A stretch of DNA of 63,982 nt, counting the filler, from Thraustochytrium aureum (Eukaryota): the NCBI GenBank assembly GCA_012862495.1. It is 4 parts of 3 records of this genome, joined end to end, with 100 filler letters (N's around TTAATTAATTAA, not from the genome) between each part and the next. Parts side by side here need not be neighbours in the genome. Positions count along the whole stretch, not along the records: positions 18,054 to 38,913 come from BLSG01000230.1; 3 more parts are not named here. One strand, 5' to 3'. The stretch's first letter is position 1. Each line of letters begins with the position of its first letter. The notes beneath the pieces were generated by a model. That model searched no databases. It saw only the letters and a program-made list of their open reading frames with translations, and was not told where the DNA came from. Of the stretch, positions 23,022 to 33,782 are shown piece after piece. A program made the translations under genes and the position numbers.

Positions 23022-24517
23022 ATGTCTAGCCCCACGGCTGGCGAAAGTGCGGCGGCGGGGGCCGCTGAGGAGCAGATTTTGGTCGGCGAAGGCGGCCCTC
23101 AAGCCTCGCTGACCTCGGGCGACCTCCGCAGGCTGACGCTCGAGGCACTCAACAAGCTGGAAGCCGTGAAGAGGCGCAACAAGGTCATCATTATCCCGCC
23201 CGACTTTACGCGGTTCCACTCGCGCGCCGGCGAGCTGACCTGCATCGTGCACGAGTACTATGGCGATCGCGTGACAGATATCATGCCCGCGCTCGGGACG
23301 CACAAACCCATGACGGACGAGCAGCTGGACAAGATGTTTCCCGGGATCCCAAAGCATTTATTCCGCATCCACGATTGGCGCAACGACGTGGTCAAGGTCG
23401 GCGAGGTCCCCGAAGAGCTCGTGCTGCGCGCGAGCGACGGCAAGGTCAAGGAGACCTGGCCGGCTCAGCTCAACAAGCTCGTTTGGGAGGGCGGCCACGA
23501 CCTCGTGCTCTCGATCGGGCAAGTGGTCCCGCACGAAGTGATGGGCATGGCCAACCACTCGAAAAACCTCTTTGTAGGAGTGGGCGGCTCGCAAGCGATT
23601 CACTTTTCCCACTTCATCGGCGCCGTGTACGGGATGGAGCGGATGATGGGCCGCGCTGACAACCCGTTGCGGCAAGTCCTCGACTACGCGGCGGAGCACT
23701 TTTTGCGGCCCAAGCTCCCGGTGGTGTACTTCCAGACGGTGGTGGGCCGCGACGAAGCGGCGGGGGGCGATGGGCTCGCGACGCGCGGACTCTTTGTTGG
23801 ACCGGGCCGGGAATGCTTTGAGCGCGCGGCTGCGCTGTCGCTGCAAGTCAACTTTTCGCTGCTCGAGGCGCCGCTTCGCAAAGTTGTGGTCTACTTGGAT
23901 CCGCACGAGTTCAAGTCGACCTGGCTCGGCAACAAGTCGATCTACCGAACTCGGATGGCCATCGCGGACGGCGGCGAGCTTGTAGTGCTTGCCCCCGGCG
24001 TGGAGGCTTTCGGCGAGGACGCAGAGATCGACGCAGTCATCCGCAAGCACGGGTATCGCTCCACGCCAGAGGTGCTCGACCACCTCAGCAAAAGCCGAGA
24101 CCTCATGCGCAACTTGAGCGCCGCAGCGCACTTGATTCATGGCACTTCGGAGGGCAGATTTACGATTACGTATTGCCCTGGTCACCTCACGCGCGAGGAG
24201 ATCGAAGGGGTAGGGTACCAGTACGCAGACTTGGCGGAGATGACTGCGCGCTTTGACCCCACAAAGCTCAAGGACGGCCCCAACCAAGTGGACGGCGAAG
24301 AAATATTCTTCGTTTCGAACCCGGCAGTTGGTTTATGGGCTTATGCGGGCCGCTTTGAGGCCTCGGAGGCCCAGCCTCGGGTTCTGCGGCTTCAGGGCAG
24401 GCGGCGGTCGTTCCAATCTCACTCGTTGGCGCAGACGAAGGCCAGCCGTCCGCGGACGCAGGTGTCGGCGGAGGGCCCTTCCAGCCGCCCCCGGACGCCA
24501 AGCGCCAGCGCAAGTGA
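23022..24517 (+). CDS. LarA-family (lactate racemase / DUF2088) nickel-pincer-dependent racemase/epimerase homolog
   Basis: PPDFTR, ALGTH, HDWR, VVPHEVMGMANHSK, HFSH, WLGNKSIYRTRMAIADGGELVVLAPG and HLIHG.SEGRF.ITY. A probable 1-bp slip near 24371 gives ...DAKRQRK* at 24517; the uncorrected ORF ends at 24578. Confidence 0.88.
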
Positions 24518-24703
24518 TCTCGTCGCTCGCATGGCGCGAGAGTCCATTCGTTCCAGCCGGAACAGCTGGCAAAGCTGATCTCGGTTCGCCTTCTTCTCTT
24601 TTGGACAAAGATCAAGACAACACGATTGAGGATATTTTTTGAGAGTTGTCGCTTCGTGCGACGCAGCGACGCGGTTTCTTGGCTCCCCTTGTGCCGCCCG
24701 AGC

Positions 24704-25390
24704 TCACTGGTCCCGGACGTGGGCACGCGAAAACCCAAACACTCTCATAAAGGAACGCGCCACGCGCTCTTGCACTGCGGCACGACCTAGCTCTGCGTCT
24801 TGGCCGAGGAGGGCGCGCAGGCTCGTCACGCTCGTGCCCGGCTCGGTGATACCACACGGCACGATTTTTGAGAACGCGCCAAGGTCGGTCGTTACGTTCA
24901 ACGCAAACCCATGCGAGGTTACCCACTTGCTTGCATTAAGCCCGATGGCTGCTACCTTGGCGTCGCCGACCCAGACCCCAGTGTATGCTTCTTTGCGGCC
25001 GCCTCGGACCCCATAGGTGCCGAGGACATCGATCACGACTTCCTCGACCTGGCGCATATACCAGTGCAGGTCCCTTTTGTGACGGCGTAGATCCAGCACT
25101 GGGTAGCCCACGATCTGGCCGGGGCCGTGGTAGGTCACCTCTCCGCCGCGCTCAGTGCGATACACAGGGACCGCGTCAGTGTCCTCGACGTCGAAGAGCA
25201 CGTTGCTCTCGTCCGCTCCCCGTCCAAGCGTGTACACAGGATCATGCTCCAAAAAGATGAGCGAGTCACGCGGTACGGCAGCCCCGTCCTGGCGCAGGGC
25301 GTCAAGCTTGGCCTGCTGCTCGCCCTTGAGCAGCGCGAGGCCGTGGGAGTACGGGACGCGCTGCCGCACGTTCACAATCTCCAGCTCCAG
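24704..25390 (-). CDS. lipB: Lipoyl(octanoyl) transferase LipB/LIP2; 5' end in or beyond the N gap
   Basis: LEHDPVYTLGR, RGGEVTYHGPGQIVGYP, TGVWVGDAKVAAIG, SHGFALNV and IVPCGI. Confidence 0.95.
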   Translation of the reverse strand: MELEIVNVRQRVPYSHGLALLKGEQQAKLDALRQDGAAVPRDSLIFLEHDPVYTLGRGADESNVLFDVEDTDAVPVYRTERGGEVTYHGPGQIVGYPVLDLRRHKRDLHWYMRQVEEVVIDVLGTYGVRGGRKEAYTGVWVGDAKVAAIGLNASKWVTSHGFALNVTTDLGAFSKIVPCGITEPGTSVTSLRALLGQDAELGRAAVQERVARSFMRVFGFSRAHVRDQ

Positions 25391-25777
25391 NNNNNNNNNN
25401 NNNNNNNNNNNNNNNNNNNNNNNNNNNNNNNNNNNNNNNNNNNNNNNNNNNNNNNNNNNNNNNNNNNNNNNNNNNNNNNNNNNNNNNNNNNNNNNNNNNN
25501 NNNNNNNNNNNNNNGTAGGCGCTCTCGCCGTCCAGCACGAACTCAACGCAGCAGGCACTCTCGCGAGCGAGCTCAGAGCTTGCTGCTGCTGCTGGAAGGG
25601 GAGGAGGGGGGGGGAGGGAGGAGGGGGAGGAGCGAGTGCGGCAGCCGCAAAAAATCAGTTCGTGGCGTCAAATCTTGCGACCTCGTCGAGTACCTTTTAT
25701 GTACGTACGCGGGTGCAGCACCCTTCGCGCCGCGGCGCGAAGGCGGTGGCCGCCTTGCGCAGTTGTGCGCGCCGCGG

Positions 25778-28700
25778 TCAGCGCGCCTGCAGGACCTCGA
25801 AAATGAGGTCCACGTTGTTGCGCACCATGGTCTCAAAGCTCGCCGTTTTGGAGACCGTGTCAAAGTTGGCGACGATGAACTCGAGGCAGCGGTCGTGCAA
25901 GCTCTTGGCCGAATGGCACTCTGAGGCGGCTAAGAGCTCGCTGACGTTGTTGATGTCGATCGAGGAAAGCATCTTGTTTTCGCACATCGCGCGCAGGCGG
26001 TCCACGCCAAACCGATCGGCGCAGACGAAAAGCTCCATGGCCTGCTCCAGCGTGGCGTTGATCCGGTCCGTGTAGAGGTAGACGAGGAGGGCGCGAAAGA
26101 CGTCGAAGTGGACGTCCGGGATCTCGACCTCGGCGGCCGTCGACTCGCGCATGCCCGTGTTGAACATGGCGTGAAAGTAGGGGCACCTCGAGCAGAGCAC
26201 CTTGTGGGCGTGAATGAGCTGGCCATCCACTTTGAAGACGACGTCGCTGCACCTGGTCGAGCCAACGAGGCCCTCCAAGTCGCTGACGAGCGTGCTGCGC
26301 GGGACGTGCGAGACGCGGCAGTCCGCAAAGCTCCACTCGATAAAGTCGTCCAGGCGCTGCACGCCGTCGTAGCCGCCAAACACGTACATGGTGCGCTTGT
26401 AGACTGCTGCTGCGTGGCAGAACCTTGGCGAGGGGACCATGCCCGTGGTGTTGACCTTGTTCCACGCTCCGCCGTCTTTGAGCCGCAGTTTGTAAAAGTC
26501 GTTGTTCGCGTTTCCGCTCGACCCCCCGAAGACGAACATAAAAGCCCCGTTCACCACCGCACAGTGCGAGTCGCGCGGGCTCGGCGGCGGGTTTGTGGTC
26601 ACGAGCTGGCTCCAGACGCGCTGCTCGCGTCTGAAGACATGCACGTCGTTGAGGTGCTTTAACCCGTCGTGGCCCGCAAAGAGGTACAGCGCGTCTTGGT
26701 ACGCGACCAGAGTCGAGCGGTACCGCGGCGAAGGCGGCTTGCCGACGGGCTTGGACCGCGACCAGCTCGACTCGACGGTGTCAAACTCGCACAGATCGTT
26801 CTTGTACGAGCCGTCGTAGCCTCCGAATACGAAGAACGACCTTCCAAGCGCCGCAGCACAGTGGCTATGGCGCGCGCTGGGCGTTCCCTCCTCTGTATTA
26901 GCCAAGCGCCACTTGCGCGTCAAAAAGTCGAACGAGTGAAGCTGGTTGGTGCGCTCTCGACCGTCGTAGCCGCCAAAGACCCAAAACTTGCCGTTCACGA
27001 CCACCGCAGAGTGCCGGTCCCGCGGCGAGGGCGGCGGTTCGCTGGATTCCGCAACGGGCACAGTCGTCCATTCGCGCTCGTTGAAGCTGAACCGGAAAAA
27101 GTCGTTGACGCGACGCTCGCCCGTGTACCCGCCAAAGAGGTACAGGGCGTCCTCGTGCACGGCGACGACGTGCAGCGAGCGCTTGCTGACGCTTACGACT
27201 TGGCTGTCGAGACGGGACCGCCGCGCGGGTGGTTCAGGGACCATACTTGCTGGGAACAAAGACGGACGGCTTGCCGAGGATGGCCCACTCTTCTGTAGCT
27301 GCGGTTGCGGAGGCGGGAGCGGGTTGCTCTGGCTCAGATAGTCAAAGTCGGCGGCTGCACGCATGCCAACATCGTCCCCCGGCGACAGGGCTTTGTCGCC
27401 GTCCTCTGTCCCGTTTACCATGACCGGAAGCCACTGCTTGAGCCGATACTGGTTGTCGTCGCACAAGAGCGTGCCCGATCCAGGCGCGCCAGAGCTCACC
27501 TCCGGGACCACGTCCGTTGACCTGTCCTCGGCACCCCTCTGCCGCAAGATCTCGAACACGAGCTCAACGTTCCTCTTGCCCACCTCCTCGAACGCTGACG
27601 TCTTGGAGACTTCGTCAAAGTTTTGCAGGATAAAGCTGAGCGTTCGCGAGCGCAGCGTCGAGATGCCGTGGCGGTGCGTCGCTTCAAACAGCAGCGCGGC
27701 GTTGTAAACCGTGAGAGTAGCTGCGACAAAGTTGAGGCAGATGCGCTTGAGGCGCTCCACGTTGAACTTGTCAGCCAGGACGTAGATCTCAACGGCGAGC
27801 AGATCAGCGCCGGCAAAGCTGACGCGGTCCGTGTACAGATAGTTGAGGAAGGCCTTGAAGGTCTCGTATCGCGTGTCGCAGATTTCGAGCGTCACGAGCC
27901 CGGTCGGGCTCCTCGAGCACGCCCCCATGTTTTCGAGGTCCATCAAGCTCGAGCATCTCGACACGAAGACGCGGTGAGCAAAGATGGGCAGGCCTCCAAC
28001 CACAAAGACGAGGTCACTCTGCAGCTCGTTTCCGACGTACTTGGCAAGGTCGTCGACCAGCGTCGACCGCGCCACGCGGCACACGCTCGGAGCAAACTTG
28101 AACCTGTGAAAGTCGGACAGCCGGGTGGCACCATCGTACCCGCCGTAAATGTACATGCTATTGTCGTACTCTACAGCGACGTGGCAGAATCGACTGCATG
28201 GCGACCACCCGTTGCGCGAGACCGGCGTCCACGCATACTCGCCTCGCAGGCTAAGCAGGTGGAAGTCGTTCATGGCGTTACCACTGCTGCCCCCAAACAT
28301 AAACATGGCCCCGCCGAACACGAGGGCCACGTGCGAGTCGCGGGGAAGCGGTACTGGCCCGTGCACGCGAGCAGCGCTCCATGTCGAAGTTTCAAAGTCG
28401 AAGATGTGCGTGCAGTTGAGGTGGCGTTGTCCGTCGTGGCCGCCGAAAAGGTCATCCTCTTCTCGAAGGTCACGCACGACGCCCTGTACCTAGCCTGCGG
28501 GAGCCGGCCTACCGTGGCCACGCGCTCCCACGATGGTTCTACATCGCCCTGGCCCGGTTCATACCTGTACAGGTCGTTCTTGTACGCGCCGTCGTACCCG
28601 CCAAACACGTACATGCTGCCGTTGTACGAGACCGCCGAGTGGCTGTGCCGCGGGGTCGGCCGCTGCTCAGCTGGGTGCCGCTGCACGGTCGTCCACCGCA

Positions 28701-29337
28701 TCGTCTCAAAGCTAAAGGTGTGCAGATCGTTGACGCGGCAGAGGCCGTCAAACCCTCCGAATATCAAGAGTTCGTCGCCGAGCACGACGCCAGAGTGCCT
28801 GTCGCGCGCTGTGGGCGGCGTGCCGTCGACGTCTATCATTGACTGCCACGTCATGTTGACAAAGTCGAACCGGTGAAACTCGTTCACGCGGCCGTTCCCG
28901 TCATAGCCGCCAAATATGTACATGCTCTGCTGGTACACCACAGCCACGTGCAGCGACCGCTGCCCGGGCGGGGAGCTCTCCATGCCAGCCACGTTGGCCT
29001 TGACCTGTTCCCAACACGCGTTTCCTGTGATCATTGCTTGCGCAGTGCGAGCTGCGACCACGGCACGGTTCGCCGTTGTTCGTTCTTCCCAACCTCGTCG
29101 CCTCGGTCCGGCTTCGTTACCCTCCTCCTCCTCCTCATCATCATCCTCCTCATCATCATCATCCTCATCATCGTCGTCCTCGTCGTCGTCGTCCTCGTCT
29201 TCCTCCAGGTCGCCGCCCACAGCGCTCTCCACACCGTCGTCCCGTCCACGTTCTTCCCGGCCTACTTCCATGCCTTCCGCCGCAAACCCGGCCTCCCACG
29301 TGCGCCTCGCTATTCCTCCGCTGTTCGCGTACGCCAT
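25778..29337 (-). CDS. Tandem (Kelch propeller-BTB-BACK)x2 protein, LZTR1-like; apparent frameshift near 28455
   Basis: Two sets of six Kelch repeats (RSLH, RDRH, RHSH, RYR, RDSH, RFCH with FGGYDG), each followed by a BTB (SDLVFVV...HR; SDVVFKVDG..IHAHK.LC.RCPYF.AMF) and BACK-like helices; acidic N-terminal tract. Confidence 0.88.
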
Positions 29338-30371
29338 GCCTGCGCCGCGCCTGCTCCTGCGCTGCTGCTGCTGCCGCTGCTGCTGCTGCCNNNNNNNNNN
29401 NNNNNNNNNNNNNNNNNNNNNNNNNNNNGTTCGGGGTCTGCTGGTCCCCCTTCGAGGAACGACCACTCCGCGGGCAGCGCTCTTAGCCTGTCGCTCTAGT
29501 CCAAATTCCACGTCGCAAGAATTGAGGAGATTATGCTTGCTTGCAGGCAGCTCGTGCGGAAGGCCTCAGCAGTACTTGCGCTGGAGGGCCGCAGGGATGC
29601 TTGACGGCATGGCGCGCCTGGTGGCGATGGTGTGCGTAGTCGCCAGCGAGATGCGGGCCGCGGGAGGGGGGATGGTCTTGGCAGGAGGATGCGAACGACC
29701 AGGGCTCAGACCGGCATGGTGCCACGCTAGAGCTAGCTCGAGGTGAGAACGCTCGCGATCCACGTTCGAGACTTGCCAGCAAAAAAACGCGACCGCGCAG
29801 GCCGGCGTCGCATGCTACGTACAATATGCGGCCACGAACGCGAGAGGCAAGCACAACTACTCAAGCCTCACGCATTCACGCGGCCTTGCCTAGTCGCAGG
29901 GAGAGTCGCGACCGTCGCGGCTCAATCGCGTCTTTGGAATCGCCGAATCGAACTACTCGGCTAGCTACAACCTGTGAGAGCGGCGTGATGTTGCGGTTAC
30001 TCGTCTGGGTCAATCTCCAGAGCTAGTCGGACACAACATTTCCGTTCAACGGTCTTTTGCGCCTGCGCCGCCGCAGCATTGGGGTGCCATGGCATCCATT
30101 GCAGTCCAGGCGGATCGGGAGGCTGCGCAGGGCTGTGGCGACGTGGCCGAGCCAGCCCGAGGTCTTGACTTGCTGACGGCGACCCCGTCAAGTAGACAAC
30201 CGGACTCGGTTGAAAAGCATCGCTGGTCCCAGAAGGCCGCCCGCAAGACGCCAGACCTGCGACGCTCGCCTCCGCTGCGGCGGTGCGACGCACCAGAGGG
30301 GGTCGCTGTTAGAAACCCGCTGCGGAAGACGCCCGGCCCACAACTTGCTGCACGTGCATCGGGTCGGCAAC

Positions 30372-32093
30372 ATGGACTTCGTCGGTGCTGTGCGGGACAA
30401 CAAGACGCAAGTCCACGCGGAGGGGACGGCGATACCCGGGGCGGCGGCGAGCGTTCGCGCAGGAGAAGTAGACAAGGCAAAACAGGCTGACGAATGCCCA
30501 CAAGCCGAGTGGCGGGACGGCTCTGACGGCGGCGCGGACCAGGTCGCCAATGGCGCAGACGACGGAACGGAGCTCGTGAGCCAAGAGAAGGAGCAAGCCT
30601 TCCTGAGCTGGCTACGTCAGCACGGCGCGCGCATCGACAAGCTGGACTGGCCGTCGCGTGCTACCGTGTCTGGCGTTCGCGGCGCGGTCGCGAAGAAAGA
30701 CATTGCGCCGAACGAGCCGATGCTGGAAATTCCTCTCGAGCTGATGATTTACCCGCTGGTGTGCTTTGCGTCGCCCGAGCTCAAGCAGGTGTACGCCAAA
30801 CACAGGGCCTACTTTTCCACGGATGACGACTATGTGATCGCATTGTTTCTCATGCACGAAAAGCTAAAGGGGCGCAGCTCGTTCTACCACCCGTACATCG
30901 ACATGCTTCCGCGACCAGGGGGCATCGGCGATTGGGCTCCAGAGGAGCAAGCCGAACTGCAGGACCGAAGCGCTGTGGGCGAGGCGCGACGGCGGCCAAA
31001 CCAGATGCGGCGCATCTACGAACAAATTTCAGACATTCTCAGCGCCCACGACCCCGACCAATTCCCGGCGGACAAATACAGCCTGGATTTATTTTGCTGG
31101 GCGTGGATGATCCTTCAGTCGCGGGCTTTTGGCCGCCGCCTGCCGTGGACCGCGTTGGTCCCTTTCGCAGACTGCCTCAACCACCAAAACGTCGCGACCA
31201 AGTACGACCTAGCACTCGAATGCCCTGCTGACGAGGAGGGCGTCGTCCGCGACGCGGCCACCAGCGAGGTCGCCTGGCTCGACGCGGAGGGCGCCGCGCA
31301 CAGCGAGCTCGCGCGCGACGGCAAAGGCAAGGTCATGTTTCGACTCTTCCCTTCCGGAGCAAACCACTATCGCAAGGGGACGGAGGCTTTCAACAGCTAC
31401 GGGCGGCGCTCCAACAGGTTTTTGCTCCTCGAATACGGGTTTGCAATGGAGGGCAACGAGTGGGACACGTATGAAATGTGTGTTCGCCTTGAGCCAGATG
31501 TCCCGCGGTACAAGGACAAGTGCGACATGATTCGGTCGCTTGGCATCAGCCGCGTCAAGATGTTCAAATTGGATTCCAAGTCGCTCTGCCGCGAGCTCCT
31601 CGGCTTTCTCCGCCTGGCGTATTTGCCATCTGAGACAGTGGACGCATTTGGCTGGCCCGGCGGCACTGCAGAGGAGCACGAGGGCGCAGCCGCCCATGTG
31701 CGCGACCTCTGGCGCAGGCAGCTGTCTCCAAAGCATGAACTCGTGGTTCTGAACACGCTCGCGGAGTTGTTGCGACGCGAGCGGGAGCAGCACCCAACGA
31801 CCTTGGCCGAGGACCAGCAAGAGCTCGAGCGCCCAGGAATTTCGCCGCGGCTCCGCGCTGCGCTCATCTACAGGATTGGCCGTAAGCGCATCGTTGAGCG
31901 GCAGCTCGACCTCGTTTCCACCGCCGCGCGCAGATTGGGTTGGTCCCGAGGGCCTCACCGACGATATGAGCGCCCTCAACCTGGACGAGACCAGTTTCGA
32001 GTCAGAAGATGCCAAGTGAATTGCCACCTCGCTCGACTGCACTGGCGCTACAGGGCCAATTGGACGCGGCTGGAGGCCGCCGAAAGCCCCTAA
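30372..32093 (+). CDS. SET-domain lysine methyltransferase, Rubisco-LSMT/SETD3-like; C-terminus probably frameshifted
   Basis: F..WL..HGA, RGAVAKKDI, SSFYHPYIDMLP, SRAF, LVPFADCLNH and FNSYGRRSNRFLLLEYGF, plus an LSMT substrate-binding region (PTTLAED, A..YRIGRKRI). Confidence 0.9.
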   Translation: MDFVGAVRDNKTQVHAEGTAIPGAAASVRAGEVDKAKQADECPQAEWRDGSDGGADQVANGADDGTELVSQEKEQAFLSWLRQHGARIDKLDWPSRATVSGVRGAVAKKDIAPNEPMLEIPLELMIYPLVCFASPELKQVYAKHRAYFSTDDDYVIALFLMHEKLKGRSSFYHPYIDMLPRPGGIGDWAPEEQAELQDRSAVGEARRRPNQMRRIYEQISDILSAHDPDQFPADKYSLDLFCWAWMILQSRAFGRRLPWTALVPFADCLNHQNVATKYDLALECPADEEGVVRDAATSEVAWLDAEGAAHSELARDGKGKVMFRLFPSGANHYRKGTEAFNSYGRRSNRFLLLEYGFAMEGNEWDTYEMCVRLEPDVPRYKDKCDMIRSLGISRVKMFKLDSKSLCRELLGFLRLAYLPSETVDAFGWPGGTAEEHEGAAAHVRDLWRRQLSPKHELVVLNTLAELLRREREQHPTTLAEDQQELERPGISPRLRAALIYRIGRKRIVERQLDLVSTAARRLGWSRGPHRRYERPQPGRDQFRVRRCQVNCHLARLHWRYRANWTRLEAAESP

Positions 32094-32452
32094 AAGAAGC
32101 AACTCTTGCGACCGGCTCGACATCCATGGCGGCGTTGCCCCGAACCGCTCGAACTAATCCACAAGAACAAGAATCATCGTGTTCATGTCCGTGCTGTCCT
32201 CGTTGATGAGCGAGCGAGCGAGCATGAGCTCGGATTCATTCCATGCTGATCGTGAGACGACAAATGACCTGATGACCTGATGATAATGACCATTGCCTGG
32301 GTTAGGTTAATTGGGTGCATGGGTTAGGTCCGGGTGCGGTCTTTCTCAGAATCAGAACAGAACAGAATCAGAACAGCAAGTTGGCATCGAGGCAGCCGCG
32401 TGCGCTGGTGTTGCGCGCGCGCCGTGGCGGGCCGGCAGGCGGGCGCTTTGCC

Positions 32453-33100
32453 ATGGAAACGCGCGCGACGTTCGTGCCGCCCTTTCGGTTCGCTCATGTG
32501 GTCTGCGCGCCCGGCGGAGGCGACCTTCGCGACGACTCCAACACCACTGAAGTGCAAGGTGGACCGCAACCTGGCAGTGGCGAGGAGGACGACCCCGCGG
32601 ATGAGACGGTCTACCGCGGGGCATATCCTTCGCTGTGGAACTTTGCGTTCCTGCGCAGCCTCGGCCTGCGATCTGTTGTTAGCTTCCTCAAGGGCGGTCG
32701 CCGTGGACTGACCAAGGACCTCGCCGATTTTTGCGAGCACGAGCGGATCGACCTTGTGGTCGTTGACCTCGGCGAGGAAACCAAAGTTCCCTCGCAGCGC
32801 TCGGTGGCGAGCGCGCTTTGCTTTTTGGCCGACCGGGCAAACCTGCCCGCCTACGTGCACTGTGTGGACGGCGGCGTCAGTACGGGCGTGTTGGTGATGT
32901 GCCTCCGCCTGCTCCAGGGCTGGACGCTCGCTTGCGCAGCGGATGAGTACAGCCGGTACGTCAAGGACGGCTCCGTTTCGGCTGAGGTGCGCAACAGCGC
33001 GTCCTCCTTCTCGCCGAGCCAGGTTCTGCGCGAGCTGGAAGCCGCTGAAGGGCTCGACGAGCTCGCGGCGCGCCGCCGACCGACTTGGTTGGTCCTTTGA
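32453..33100 (+). CDS. Siw14/OCA-family tyrosine-phosphatase-like protein (OCA6-like); may extend further through a frameshift
   Basis: VPPFRF..V, VYRGAYPS..NF.FL..L.LR, P.YVHCVDG..STG..VMCLR.LQ.W and EY.RY. The CX5R Arg is absent. Confidence 0.8.
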   Translation: METRATFVPPFRFAHVVCAPGGGDLRDDSNTTEVQGGPQPGSGEEDDPADETVYRGAYPSLWNFAFLRSLGLRSVVSFLKGGRRGLTKDLADFCEHERIDLVVVDLGEETKVPSQRSVASALCFLADRANLPAYVHCVDGGVSTGVLVMCLRLLQGWTLACAADEYSRYVKDGSVSAEVRNSASSFSPSQVLRELEAAEGLDELAARRRPTWLVL

Positions 33101-33782
33101 AACGAGCCCTTTTGAGGGCTTTCATGCTGCTCCTTCTTCCATGAAACTAACTTCTGGCACCATAGAACTGAAACGGGACGCTTGCTGTGCAACCCCACGC
33201 CACAGGCTACCCAACAACAACAACACCAACAAAAATCGATGCGAAGACCCACGCCCAACAAACTGCCACGTCCATCACTGCCGCCGCCCTCTGGCAAAGA
33301 CAGCAAGCGGATACAGCACAGGCCCCGCCTCCAGACGCGCTCGAGGCCAACCCAGCCCACCTCGACGGCGCGAAAAAGAGCACCTCCCCGAAGCAAGGCG
33401 CTCGCCCTTCCTGCGTCCGTCCATCCCTCCGTCGCGCCCGTCACCACAATACCTTGGTGACGCACCTCGGCGCCTGCGCAGCGTCACTAAGCCCCACCAA
33501 GTGACGTGGCCGGCCGCGACCCCGGTCGTTAGGTGTTGATTGATGGCACGAGCAGAGCCGCAACAACGACGGAAGCGCGGCGGCGAAGAGGGCGCAGAGC
33601 CGCTGCAGGGGACCGAGGAGCCGCAGCGGTGGCCGCCGGGGACCGCGCCGTGGCACCTGGCGCTGCTGCGGCGCTGCAGCGGGGCTGCTGCTGGGCTGCT
33701 GCGGGGACGCGAACGGGAGGAAGGATTGGCGCATTCTTGCTCGCTTCGTGGCCGCTGATTCCTTTTTTACCCACCCCCCGGA

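Noticed and set aside
32453..33100. Phosphatase lacking the CX5R Arg as a new pseudoenzyme
   Set aside because: Degenerate active sites are already known among OCA-family members.
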